The notes beneath the pieces are model-generated. The model made no database searches. It was not told the DNA's origin and was given only the letters and a program-made list of their open reading frames with translations. Source: Scyliorhinus canicula (lineage: Eukaryota). Taken from it: a stretch of DNA of 64,000 bases. Location: positions 310,001 through 374,000 of the forward strand of contig NW_024056036.1 of NCBI RefSeq assembly GCF_902713615.1, read 5' to 3'. The position numbers and the translations under genes were made by a program. Of the stretch, positions 11,544 through 25,515 are shown piece by piece (position 1 is the stretch's first letter; the number at the start of each line of letters is the position of its first letter).

Positions 11544-14500
11544 TACATTACATATTGGGTGTTGCGTAGAATGTGGAAGGTAATCTCAATAAAATGTTGT
11601 CATCTGCTGAAAAATAATTGCAATTATTGGCCACGCCATTTTGCAAACAATGATAATGATGTGTTCCAGACTAACCGGCCCACATAGACATCCAGGCACA
11701 CACATATCCACACACAGACACACACACAACACACCACAACATACACACACATACATCCACAGACATACACAGTTCAGACTCTGTCTCTCACAATCACCGG
11801 CCACACCAAAAGCAAACAGAAATCCATTCAGCAAAAAGGGTGAAGGACAATTCGGACCATGAATGGAAACAGTGGGTAATTGCCACAGATGAACACAAGT
11901 CTGAATTAGTCATATCTAACACAATGGAGTTTATGACTGTGTTGTGCAATATGACGTTCAATATGGCTCATGTGTTTCTGTTCCTCAGCCTTGTGATGAA
12001 GTGAATGTCACAAGATTCGCTCCGACCTTGCAGCAAAAATATTACACATCCATTACCAGACCAATCACACAACACCAAATAGTTATTCATTATGCTTTTG
12101 TAAGTGAATTAAGGCTGAGAGAGAACAGAGACATTAATTAATCTAGGTGCAGTCTGAAACAAAGAGATGAGAACAGATCGGCAGGTGTTTGAAAGTTGTA
12201 TTTGCCTTTGCAACCAACGCCCATAACAGCTAATATTTATTGACACGACAAAATGTATTTTCCAAACAGCACGGTAGCGTGGTGGTTAGCATAAATGCTT
12301 CACAGCGCCAAGGTCCCAGGTTCGATTCCCGGCTGGATCACTGTCTGTGCGGAGTCTGCACGTCCTCCCCGTGTGTGCGTGGGTTTCCTCCGGGTGCTCC
12401 ACTTCCTCCCACAGTCCAAAGATGTGCGGGTTAGGTGGATTGGCCATGCTAAATTGCCGTAGTGTCCTAAAAAGTAAGGTTAAAGGAGGGGTTTTGGTTA
12501 CGGGTATAGGGTGGATACGTGGGTTTGAGTAGGGTGATCATGGCTCGGCACAACATCGAGGGCCGAAGGGCCTGTTCTGTGCTGTACTGTTCTATGTTCT
12601 AAACACAAGTGAGTTCCCCTTTCCACACACAAGTCAGTGGTGCACCAGTATGTGCTGGACTAGTAATCCAGAGATCCAGAGTCAAGCTCTGGGGACCCGG
12701 GCTCCCACCACGGCAGGTGGTGACATTTGAATCAAGAAAGATCTGGAATTCATAGATCATAGAATTTACAGTGCAGAAGGAAGCCATTCAGCCCATCGAG
12801 TCTGCACCGGCTCCTGGAAAGAGCACCCTACCCAAGGTTAACACTTCCACACTATCCCCATAACCCAGTAACCCACCCAACACTAAGGCAATTTTGGACA
12901 CTAAGGGCAATTTATCATGTCCAATCCACCTAACTTGCATGTCTGTGGACTGTGGGAGGAAACCAGAGCACCTGGAGGAAACCCGAGCACCTGGAGGAAA
13001 CCCACGCACACACGGAGAGGACGTGTAGACTCCGCACAGACAGTGACCCAAGCCGGAATCGAACCTGGGACCCTGGAGCTGTGAAGCGATTGTGCTATCC
13101 ACAATAATACCGTGCTGCCCACGGTAGCAATTAAAAGTCTAATGATGAGCATGAAACCATTGTCGTGTGTAATCAAAACCCATCTGTTCACTGATGTCCT
13201 TCGTAACTAGTCTGACCTACGTATGACTCCAAATGACCCAACAGCAATGTCGTTGATTCTGAAATGCCCTCAGGGATGGGTACGATCAGCCAGCGACATC
13301 CACATCCCATGAACGAATAAAAAGTATTTAGTATCTTGAAAATAAAATTCCATCTTTCTTTCTTTCTATCATCACCTATCTATCTTAGAACAGTACAGCA
13401 CAGAACAGGCCCTTCGGCCCTCGATGTTGTGCCGAGCCATGATCACCCTACTCAAACCCCGTATCCACCCTGTACCCATAACCCAACAACCCCCCCTTAA
13501 CCTTACTTTTTAGGACACTACGGGCAATTTAGCATGGCCGATCCACCTAACCCGCACATCTTTGGACTGTGGTAGGAAACCGGAGCACCCGGAGGAAACC
13601 CACGCACACAGGGGAGGACGTGCAGACTCCGCACAGACAGCGACCCAGCCGGGAATCGAACCTGGGACCCTGGAGCTGTGAAGCATTGATGCTAACCACC
13701 ATGCTACCCTGCTGCCCCTTAATCTATCTGTCTATCTTTTAGACAACCTTTCTTTTTTTTCATTCATTTGCGCGATATGGCGCCACTGATTGGTCAGCAA
13801 TTATGGCCCATTCCGAGTTGCCATTCAGAAGGTGGTGAACTGCCGCCTTGAATCGCTGCAGTCCCTGATATGCAGTTACACCCATACTGTTTTAGCGAGA
13901 GAAATCCAGCATTTTCACCCAGCCACAGTGAAGGAACGGCGATATATTTCCATGTCAAAGTGTTGAGTGACTTGGAGAGGAACCTCCAGGTGTAGTGTTC
14001 CAAAGTATCTGCTGTCCTTGTCCTTGTTGATGGTTGTAGCCGTGGGTCTGGTAGGTGCTGAATATGAAACCATCATTAGTTCCAACAGTAAATCTTGTGG
14101 ATGGCAACAATCAAGCGACTGATTTGTCCTGGATGGTACAAAGTTAAAGAAAATTACAGCACAGGAACAGGCCTTCGGCCCTCCCAGCCTCGCCGATCCA
14201 GATCCTTTATCTAAACCTGTTGCCTATTTACCAAGGTCTACTTCTCTCTGTTCCCCACTGTACATATATCTGCCCAGGTGCATTTTAAATGATGCTCTAC
14301 GACCCGCCTACCACCTCCGCTGGCAAAGCATTCCAGGCACCCACCCCCTGTGTAAAAAACTTTCCATGTACATCTCCCTTAAACTTTTCACCTCTCACCT
14401 TGAAATCGTGACCCCTTGTAACTGACACCCCTACTCTTGGAAAAAGCTTGTGCTATCCACCCTGTCCATACCTCTCATAATTTTGTAGACCTCAATCAGG

Positions 14501-17500
14501 TCTCTCCTCAACCTCCATCTTTCCAACGAAAACAATCCTAATCTACTCAACCTTTCTTCATAGCTAGCACCCTCCATACCAGGTAACATCCTGGTGAACC
14601 TCCTCTGCACCCTCTCCAAGGCATCCACATCCTTCTGGTAACGTGGCGACCAGAACTGCACACAGTATTCCAAATGTGGCCTAACCAAAGTCCGATACAA
14701 CTGTAACATGACCTGCTGACTCTTGTACTCAATACCCAATCCGATGAAGGCAAGCATGCTGTATGCCTTCTTGACCACTCTATCAACCTGCGTTGCCACC
14801 TTCAGGGTACAATGGACCTGGACTCCCAGATCTCTCTGGACATCAATTTTCCCCGGACTCTTCCATTGACCATACAGTCTGCTCTTGAGTTAAATCTTCC
14901 AAAATGCATCACCTCGCATTTGCCTGGATTGAACTCCATCTGCCATTTCTCTGCCCAACTCTCCAATCTATCTGTATTTTACTGTATTCTCTGACAGTCC
15001 GCCTTGCTATCTGCAAATCCACCAATCTCAGTATCATCTGCAAACTTGCTCATCAGACCACTTATACCTTCGTCCAGATCATTTATATATCACAAACAAC
15101 AGTGGTCCGAGCACGGATCCCTGTGGAACACCACTAGTCACCTTTCTCCATTTTGAGACACTCCCTTCCACCACTACTCTCTGTCTCCTGTTGCCCAGCC
15201 AGTTCTTTCCATCTAGCTCGTACACCCTGAACCCCATACGACTTCACTTTTTCCATCAACCTGCCATGGGAAACTTTATCAAATGCTTTACTGATGTCCA
15301 TGATGGTGGAAAGCTTCTTGAGATTTGTTGAAGCTGCACTCCAGACAATTGGAGCTTGTATTCCATTACACTTCAGATTTTTGCCGAGCAGGTGATGGAC
15401 AGGCTTTGGGCAATCGGGATTTGAGTTACTCGCCACAGGATCTCTACCCTTTGAACTGCTCTGGAGGCCACATCATTCGTCTGGCTTGTCCAGTTCAGTT
15501 TCCGGTCAATGACAACCCCAGGATGTTGATTGTGCGGTAATCAATGAAAGTAAATCTGATGCATTATTCTGTGGGGGAAGACTTCAGCCGTGAATGAAAC
15601 CGAGACTAACAAAATAACATCAGAGAATGGGCTCAACATAATATAAATGGAAACTTGGTGCAGTTGAACAACTGCTCCGAAATGGTGACTTCTAACATGT
15701 ATAGCAGCATAGATTCATGCATCCATTAATTAATCCGCACATAATGTAATATTAATAGATATAAGGTCTAATGCAATGTTTAAAAAAGAGTCCATTGCAG
15801 TAGAGAGAGGTGTTGCTCAGTGCATTTCTGAATGTGACTGCATCTATTGTTAAAACAGTAAACAGAATCTCGTGCAGTCATAACTGAGAAAGGGTAGTAT
15901 GTATAGAAACATGGTCCTTCTTATTCAAATGTTTAACTGTAGATAGAATTATATACACAGATACAATGCTGACGGAAGGATAAAACGAAACATGGTCCTG
16001 TACAATCATTCCAGAGACAAGACCAAGTATAATAAAACTTGGCACAGGGTTAAGTACAGTGATAACTGAAGCAGGGATTAATGTAATACTACGAAACACA
16101 ATGTGCAGTAAAATATAAAAAATACATCGTCTAACTACAAGTAAAATCTCAACTAGAGTAAATTATACAGGCCACAGAATCATGATCTGATGTATTAATA
16201 ATTGGAATAATACCGAAAGATAAAAACACTGAGAGGGTCAAATTTAGAGAGAACTGAGAAAGGACCTATTTTATTTTAAACAGAGATATGGAGGGGTGCG
16301 GTAATAATGAGATGTAACCCATTGCACGATTAATATTGTAAGAAGTCTTACAACACCAGGTTATAGTCCAGCAGGTTTTTTTCAAACCCTAGCTTTCGGA
16401 GCACTGCTCCTTCCTCAGGTGAATGAAGAGGTATGTTCCATAAACATATTGGGGCAGCACATTGGGGCAGCACGGTAGCATGGTGGTTAGCATAAATGCT
16501 TCACAGCTCCAGGGTCCCAGGTTCGGTTCCCGGCTGGGTCACTGTCTGTGCGGAGTCTGCACGTCCTCCCCGTGTGTGCGTGGGTTTCCTCCGGGTGCTC
16601 CGGTTTCCTCCCACAGTCCAAATATGTGCGGGTTAGGTGGATTGGCGATGCTAAATTGCCCGTAGTGTCCTAAAAGTAAGGTTAAGGGGGGGTTGTTGGG
16701 TTACGGGTATAGGGTGACTACGTGGGTTTGAGTAGGGTGATCATTGTTCGGCACAACATCGAGGGCCGAAGGGCCTGTTCTGTGCTGTACTATTCTATTC
16801 TATTCTATATGTAGACAATTCAAAGATGCAAGACAATGCTTAGAATGCGAGCATTTGCAGGTAATTAATTTTTACAGATCCAGAGATAGGGGTAACCCCA
16901 GGTTAAAGAGGTGTGAATTGTCTCAAGCCAGGAGAGTTGGTAGGATTTTGAAAGCCCAGGCCAGATGGTGGGGGATGAATGTAATGCAACATGAATCCCA
17001 GGTCCCGATTGAGGCCGCACTCAATGTGTCGGAACTTGGCTATAAATTTCTGCTTCGGCAATTCTGCGTATCGCGTGTCCTGTGGCCGCCTTGGAGAACA
17101 CTTAACCTGGGGATCAAGGCTGAATGCCCTTGACTGCTGAAGTGTTCCCTGACTGGAAGGGAACATTCCTGCTGGTGATTGTCGCACGATGTCCGTATTC
17201 ATTCCTGTTGCACAGCCCTGCATGGTCTCACCAATGTAAACGCTTCAGGACATCCTTTCCTGAAGCGTATGAGGTAGACAACGTTGGCCAAGTTGCACTA
17301 GTATGTACCTAGTGGGTGGTGTTCTCACATGTAATGGTGGTATCCATGTCGATGATCTGGCACGCCTTGCAGCGATTGCCATGGCAAAGTTGTGTGGTGT
17401 CGTGGTCGTTGTTCTGAAGGCTGGGTAGTTTGCTGCCAACAATGATTTGTTTGAGGTTGCGTGGTTGTTTGAAGGCAAGTAGTGAGGGTGTGGGGATGAC

Positions 17501-20500
17501 CTTGGCAATATGTTATCTTCATCGATGATGTGTTGAATGCTGCAAAGAAGATGTCATAGTTTTCTCCTCTCCGGGAAGTACTGGATGATGAAGGGTACTC
17601 TGTCGGTGTGTCCCGTGTTTGTCTTCTGAGGAGGTTGGTGCGTTTTCCTTGCTGTGGCGCATTGGAACTGTTGATCGATGAGTCAAACACCATATCTCGT
17701 TCAGTGCGAGGGCATCACTCAGCATCTGTAGATGTCTGTTACGCTCCTCCTCGTCTGCGCAGATCCTGTGTATACGGAGGGCTTGTCCATAGGGGATGGA
17801 TTCTTTAGTATGTTTAGGGTGGAAGCTGGAGAAGTGGGAACATTGTGAGGTGACCTGCAAGAACGCAGAATCGCTGAGCAGAAACTTATAGCCAAGTTCC
17901 GCCTACACGAGTGCGGCCTCAACGGGGCCTGGGATTCAGTCACATTACATTCATCCCCCACCATCTGGCCTGGGCTTGCAAAATCCTACCAACTGTGCTG
18001 GCTTGAGACAATTCACACCTCTTTAACCTCGGGTTACCCCTATCTCTGGATCTGTAAAGACTTAATTACCTGCAAATGCTCGCATTCGAAGCATTGTCTG
18101 GCATCTTGACTTTGTCGATAAATATGTTTCTGGAACATACCTTTTTCATTCACCTGAGTAAGGAACAGTGCTCCGAAAGCTAGTGTTTGAAGTAAACCTG
18201 TTGGACTTCAACCTTGTGTTGTAAGACTTCTTCCTGAGCTCACCCCAGTCCACGCCGGCATCTCCACATCACCATCAATATTGGTATTGTCTCGCACAGT
18301 AATAACTAAAATAGAGAGAAGCGCATCATTTACAGGTACAGAAACTGGCATTAAATAAACAGAGCCGGCGGTGTACCGGAATTACTAAAACAGGGCCTTG
18401 ATTAATACAAGTGGAGACAGTGCAGTGCAGTGGAAAACCGAGAATTTCCTCCCACAGTCCAAAGATGCGCAGGTTACATAGAACATAGAACATTACAGTG
18501 AAGTACAGGCCCTTCAGCCCTCGATGTTGCGCCGACCTGTAAAACCACTCTAAAGCCCATCTACACTATTCCCTTATCGTTCATCTGCCTATCCAATGAT
18601 CATTGAATGCGTTTAGAGTTGGCGAGTCCACTACTGTTGCAGGCAGGGCATTCCACGCCTTACTACTCTCCGAGTAAAGAATCTACCTCTGACATCTGTC
18701 CTATATCTATCTTCCCTCAATTTAAGCTATGTACCCTCGTGCTGGACGTCACCATCCGAGGAAAAAGGCTCTCAATGTCCACCCTATCTAATCCTCTGAT
18801 CATCTTGTATGTCTCAATTTAGTCACCTCTTAACCTGTTCTCTCTCTAACGAAAACAGCCTCAAGTCCTTCCAGCCTTTCCTCGTAAGATCTTCCCTCCA
18901 TACCAGGAAACATCCTTGTAAATCTCCTCTGTACCATTTCCAATACTTCCACATCCTTCTTATAATGCGGCGGACAGAACTGCACGCATACTCCAAAGGC
19001 GGGCCGCACCAGAGTTTTGTTCAACTGCAACATGACCACATGGCTCCGAAACTCAATTCCTCTCCAATAAAAGCTAACACAAAACCGTATGCCTTCTTAA
19101 CAACCCTCTCAACCTGGGTGGCAACTTTCAGGGATCTATGGACATGGACACCAAGATCTCTCTGCTCGTTCACACTCCCAAGAATCTTACCATTCGCCCA
19201 GTACTCTGTCTTCCTGTTATTCCTTCCAAAATGAATCAAATCAAGGTTAGGTGGATTGGCGACTCTAAAAGATTCCCCTGAGGTGCAAAGGTTAGGTGGG
19301 GCTTTGGGGATAGGATGGAGGAGTGGTCCCTCAGTGGGATGGCGTTTGGAGGGCGGGTGCAGAGTCGATGGGCCGATTGGCTTCCTTGTGCACTGCGGGA
19401 TTCTATGATTCTTTGAAAGGCCGGGATTCACATAACTGGGGCAGGGTTCTAATTGCAGTGGTTACTGTACAGGGTAAATATCATAATAACGGAGACAGGG
19501 AGTGCAGCAATGATTACTGGAGGGGAGTCCAGAATCAGGGACACAGTCTAAGGATATAGATGAGGAGAAATTTATTGACCTAGACTGGTGAGCCTGTGAA
19601 TCTCTTACCACACAAAACAGTTGAGGGCAAAAACATTGTATGTTTGCTGGAAGGAATTATATATAGCTCTTGTGGCTTAGGGATCATAGGATATGGAGGG
19701 AAAGCGAGAACAGTTTACTGAGTTGGATGATCAGCAACGATCAGAATGAATGGAAGAGCAAGTTCAAGGGCCGAACGGCCTATTCCTCCACTATTGTCTG
19801 TGCTTCTATACTTCTATTGTTCTATGTAATGCAAAAAGCCTAAATTAAATATAATCTGAAACAGGGTCTAGTACAGTAATTTCTGATACAGGGTCTAGAT
19901 TAATATAAACTGAGACAAGGGCCGAGTGCAGTGATTTCTGATGGGGGGGGGGGGGGGTCTTCAGTAATGTGCATTTTGACAGGGTTCTAGAGCACTAATT
20001 GCTGTTCGAGCGTCGGGATTAATATAAAGTGAGACAGATTCTAGTGCCGTAATTATTGATGCAGGGTCTAGATTAACGAAAACTGAGATAAGGTCTAATG
20101 CAGTGATTACTGATTCAGGGTATACATTCGTACAAAGCGAGACAGGGTCAATTGCAGGGTCGGCCCAAGATTAATGTTAATGTAGGGCCGAGTGTGATGT
20201 TCGCCGTTACACGTTCGAGATTATATACATTAAGACATATGTGCGTTTTTTTCTGAGTGTTAGTGTATGTGGACATTTCACACCAAACTCCTGCACAAAT
20301 AATTCCTTTGTTTTATACACCAATTAATGGACGGAGTATGGGGAACTTTACTCTCCACATACCCTGCGTTTTTCCTGCTCTGCAAGTATCTGATGGTCCG
20401 CCAAAAAGGAAGCTTTACTCTGTTTCCTCACATGCGCTTTACCTGTCCTTCACATGTTAGATGGCGGATGTTGTGGAGGGGGCTTTGATCTGTACTGTAC

Positions 20501-22981
20501 CTGTCCTTCGAGTATTTGAGGGAGATTGTAAAGCGAAGTTTATTCAGTAACTAAATGTTTACTGTTGGGGCCCTGGGAGTATATAATGGGACAGGTTTTC
20601 GGAAATTTTATTAATTATCGAAACGTGTGATGCATTTGCCGTGAGAGTGTTTGGTGGATCAGTGTGCAGGAAGCTTTGCTCTGTATATACCCCGTTCTGT
20701 ACCTGACCTGCGAGAATTTGACGGAATAGTTTAGACAAGCAGAGCGTTACTAAAGCTGTCCTTGGAATTCTGATGGGACTCGAGGAATGGAAAGGTCTGG
20801 GACAACTATCTTAATGTCTGTGTCATATTTGAAAAGTGGGGAAAATTGATGCTCATGTGATTAAAGGGGCAGCAGCAGAATGTGTACAACAGTGACTAAA
20901 GGACAGAATACAGTGTAGCTGGTAACAATTGTTTCACATTGGGTGGGGGACAGAGTGTTATTCTCCAGTGAGTAATATTATCAGCACTGCTTTTTCTGTT
21001 ATATATTAATACACAGGATTCGGGACTCGGGTTTACAGGATATGAATTGAAAAGTTGCATTTGTCTCCCAAATTGACAATGTAGTAAACAGGGAAGAGGA
21101 TTACATACATAGATACATAGAAGTTAGGAGCAGGAGGAGGCCTTTGGCCCTTCGAGCCTGCTCCGTCATTTATCACAATCAGGGCTGATCATCCAATTCA
21201 ATAGACTAATCCAGCTTTCTCCCCAAAGCATTTGATCCCATTCTCCCCAAGTGCTATATCTAGCCGCCTCTAGAACATATTCAATGTTTTAGGATCAACT
21301 ATTTCCTGTGCTAATGAATTCCACAGGCTCACCACTCTTTGGGTGAAGAAATGTCTCCTCATCTCTGACCGAAATGAATCCTGAATCCTCAGACTATGGC
21401 CCCTGGTTCTGGACACACCCATCATTGGGAACATCTTCCCTGCATCTACACTGTCGATCCTGTTAGAATTTTATAAGTCTCTATGAGATCCCCACTCATT
21501 CTTCTGAACTCCAGCGAAAACAATCCTTATGTATTCATTCTCTCCTCGTCTGACAGTCCTGCCACCTCTGGTGTTGTAGAAGGGTGTGTCCAGCCTGGCT
21601 CCAACAGGTGGCTGACTTCTTCATGTACACAGGCAGATAGATGGCAGATAAAATTCAATACTGAGAAGAGATGCTTTAAAACAATTTTTTTGGGGGGGAG
21701 GGGTCGTTTGTATGAAAAATTAGAAAACCAAAGTTAAAGAGAAGGTGAGAGTGCAGGTTAATGGTCAGGATATTGACCGAGTAAAAGGGGCCGAGGGCTC
21801 AGGGAGGTTAGTAAAGTTTCCAGAACACGTACTAGAGTAGGGAGTGTGGAAAGTGGCAGGTATGCAACTTCAGGCACAGCAGAAAACTGGAGAACGATGA
21901 GAAGGGGTGGTCAACGCAGAGCTGCGAGTGTTGTACCTGAATGTGCGCAGTATACGGAACAAGGTAAATGAACTAATTGTGCACATTGTAATTGGCCGGT
22001 ACGATGTTGTGGACACCACAGGGACTTGGCTGCGAGGGGATCAGTGCTGGAATCTAAATATCCAAGGATATCTGTCCTATCGAAAGGACAGGCAGATGGG
22101 AAAAGGGGGGCGGGGTTGCATTGTGAGTAAGGAATGGAAATTAACTCAATAGCAAGAAGCATTTAAGGTAAGAAGGCGTAGAATCCCTGTGGGCAGAGTT
22201 GACGAATCGCAAAGGAAAAAATACACTGATGAGAGTTACGTACAGCCCCCTAGCCATAGTCAGAATGTGGGGCACAAAATAAATCAGGAGATGTAAAAAC
22301 GCATATAAGGGAGGCAATATTATAATAATCATGGGGGACTTCAATATGCAGGAGAATAGGGAAAGGCAGGTTGGTAGCAGATCCCAAGAAATGGAATTGT
22401 GGGAATATCGATGAAAAGTTTTTTTGGAGCAGCTTGTGATAGAGGTCAGTCGAGAACAGGCAATTCTGCATTTGCTGATGTGTAATGAGGTCGACTTGAG
22501 TAGGGAACTGAAGGAGAAGAAACCTCACGGGGCAGTGACCACAATATGATAGAATTCATCCTGGAGTTTGGAGGTCGAATCTGGAGTCAAATGTAACAGT
22601 ATTACAATTGAATAAAGTTAACTACAAAGATAAAGGGAGGAGCTGGCCAGAGTTGATTAAAAGGGAACTGAGCGGGCAGCACGGTGGCCTAGTGGTTAGC
22701 ACAACCGCCTCACGGCGCTGAGGTCCCAAGTTCGATCCCGGCTCTGGGTCACTGTCCGTGTGGAGTTTGCACGTTCTCCCCGTGCCTGCGTGGGTTTCGC
22801 CCCAAAACCCAAAAATGTGCAGAGTAGGTGGATTTGCCACGCTAAATTGCCCCTAAATTGGAAAAAATAATTGGCTAATCTAAATTTAAAAAAAAAATGA
22901 ACTGAGCAGGGAAGACAGTGGAACAACAGTGGCAGGACGTTTGGGGACTATTCGCGAGGCACTGCATAAATTAATCCAATG
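11544..22981. repeat. Right arm of the inverted duplication; mirrors every element listed for 1-11443
   Basis: Appears identical to the left arm near the gap (identical mirrored ORFs). Substitutions appear from ~15.4 kb and many 1-nt indels from ~16.9 kb outward. Confidence 0.97.
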
Positions 22982-24110
22982 AGGATGAACATGGGAAGCA
23001 GAGGACAGAGCATCCACGGTTGACAAGGGAAATCAAGGACAGCAGAAAAGCAAAGGAATAAACAGACAATGTGGCGAAGATTAATGGGATGCCAGAGGAT
23101 ACGAAAGCCTTAAAAGCTAATGTAATGTAACAGCTAATAAGATTTTTATTATTACTTTTGAACTGGGGGCACTGATGCTACGTTTTCAGACGATGCAAAG
23201 ATACGTAGAGGAATAGGTTGTGCTGAGGAAGCAGAGAGGCTGCAGAAAGACCTGTCAGGCCAAGAAAGTGGGCAAAGAAGTAGCAAATAGAATACAATGT
23301 AGAAATGTTTGAGGTTCCGCACTTTGGAGGAAACATAGAGTATTTTCTAATTGGGGTAGGGCTTAGGAAATCAGAAGCTCAAATGGACTTCCGAATTCTA
23401 GTTGAGGATTCTCTTAAGGTTAACTTGAAGGATCAGTTCGCAGCAAGGAAGGCAAATGCAATTTTAGCATTCCTGTTGCGAGGGCTAGATTTCAGGAACA
23501 GGGATGTAACTGTTGAGGCTCTATAAGGTCAGACCCCATCTGGAATATTGTGAGCAGTTTTGGTCCCCTTTTCTAAGGAAGGATGTGCTGGCCTTGGAGA
23601 AGCTCCAGAGAAGATTCACAAGTCTGATCCTCGGAATGACGGACTTTTCATAAAAAGAGCAGTTGAGGACTCTGGGTCTGTGCAGGATAGAGTTTAGAAG
23701 GATGAGGTGCTGTGGGGGTGGGGGGCGCGGGTGGTGGGGTGGGGGGAGAGGGGGAGCGGGGGGGGGGGGTCTCATTGAAACTTACAGAAAAGCGAGAGAC
23801 CCAGTAGGTGAAACTAGAACCCGAGGGCACAGCCTCAGATTTAAGGGACGATCCTTCAAAACTGAGAAGAGGAGCAATTTATTCAGCCAGAGGGTCTTGA
23901 ATCTGTGGACCTCATTCCCGCAGAAGGCTGTGGAGGCCAAATCACTGAGTGTCTTTAAGATAGAGATAGACAGGTTCTTGATTAATAAGGGGATCAGGGA
24001 TTGTGGGGAGAAGGCAGGAAAATGGGGATTAGAAACATAACAGTCACGATTGAATGCGGAGCACACTCGATGGACTGAAAGGCCGGGTTCCGCTCCTATC
24101 TCTTATGATT
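22982..24110 (+). mobile_element. CR1-clade LINE relic (continuation of the 21.7-23.1 kb element plus RT C-terminus and 3' end)
   Basis: ARKANAILAFLLRGL (ORF 23305-23526), RGHSLRFKGRSFKTEKR...FSQRVLNLW (ORF 23663-24040); G-rich tract at ~23715-23770. Confidence 0.75.
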
Positions 24111-24570
24111 TTATGGTAGGAAGACCATCTATGGACGGCTTGATTGCCGTCGCAGATATGGTGGGTGGAAAGGCGTCTTTTATACTGTAAAACACTCAGA
24201 CTCCATGACCCTATGACAGGGTCTAAAGCAATGATCACTAATGCAGGGGGTAGATTAACTTAAATTCAGATTGCATCTCGTGCAGTGATTGCTGATCCAG
24301 GGTCTCGATTACCATAAACAGAGACAGGTTCTAGTGGAGCGCTTACTCCTACAAGTTTGATTAACCTTCAATGAGATAGGACCTAAAGCAGTGATTATTC
24401 ATACAGTATCTAGAATATTATAAACTGAGGCAGGGTCTATTGCAGTCATTCCTTCTCAGGGTCTGGATTAATATATGTATAAAGAGTTAATAGGCCATAC
24501 TATTAAAACGTGGTCGACCTGGCTGGTTATGGGATGATTTTAATAAGGGAATTGAGGTAAAGAGGAGTAC

Positions 24571-25032
24571 TGTTGAAGGGACTTTAGTTGGCGGATTAGT
24601 TGCCTGAATACTCTGTATTCATTTCAACTGGCTGCTCGACTATATCTCATGTAAATAGGCACATGGCAAGCATGATGGATATTTAGCCTTATTTTTAGTC
24701 AAGAAGTTCTGTATGAAGCAGTCAGTGTAAACAAGCATACAGCTGCACACTGTTTTGCTGACAGCAGACAATTATTATTTTTCTTAGGCGAGGAACTCAA
24801 GGCCTGTATTTAAACTCAACTCCGGCCTGCTCGCTTTTCTCCCTTTTTGCAAATCTAAAGAATGCATTTTGTCCATGATATTGCTTACTATAACTTATAA
24901 ATTGCTTGCCTTACCTCTGTAAAGCGGGGACTTTTGGAATGACTGTGGTCTATCTAATCCCCCCACGAACTTCGTGTTAAATAAAGAACCTTTGGCGAAA
25001 ACTCGAAGTGCTGACTATTAATTTCTTCAACA
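24571..25032 (+). mobile_element. Solo LTR (462 bp)
   Basis: Termini TGTTGAAG...CTTCAACA (8-bp inverted repeat), near-TSD agtac/agtag, TATA-like tatttaaa at 24807, AATAAA at 24980; site is empty in copy B (~30360). Confidence 0.85.
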
Positions 25033-25345
25033 AGTAGGGAATGAATACCAGAGCTTAGGACAGGGACATATGAAGACATCGAAAAGTGAACCAAATAATT
25101 CAGAAGATAACATTACATCTTGATTGATTGGAGTTGCAAAAAATAAGAAAAATGTTTCATATGCACACCTACACGAACGGTCAATACGTGTTTGCAGCGA
25201 TTTTAGTAGTTCTTCTTAACCAGATGAGTGTTGTATGATTGGGTGGGCTTTTCTCCTATGAGTGCCCACCATTACCATCGTGGCGATACTGTGAGAACAC
25301 GGTTATGTCTAACTCTGCCAGTGCATTAGGTGATGGTTTAATATG

Positions 25346-25515
25346 TTTTTAAAATAAATTTAGAGTACCCAATTATTTTTTCCAGTTAAGGGGTAATTTA
25401 GCGTGGCCAATCCTCCTACCCTGCACGTCTTTGGGTTGTGGGGGTGAAACCCACGCAGACACGGGGAGAATGTGTAAAATCCACACGGACAGTGACTTGG
25501 GCCCGGGATTCGAAC
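25346..25515 (-). mobile_element. 5'-truncated SINE (short subfamily)
   Basis: SINE core and A-rich tail on the - strand. Confidence 0.8.

Noticed and set aside
11125-11862. Paired 73-82 aa ORFs flanking the central gap
   Set aside because: They derive from a (TG)n tract and are duplicated only because of the palindrome; no recognisable domain.
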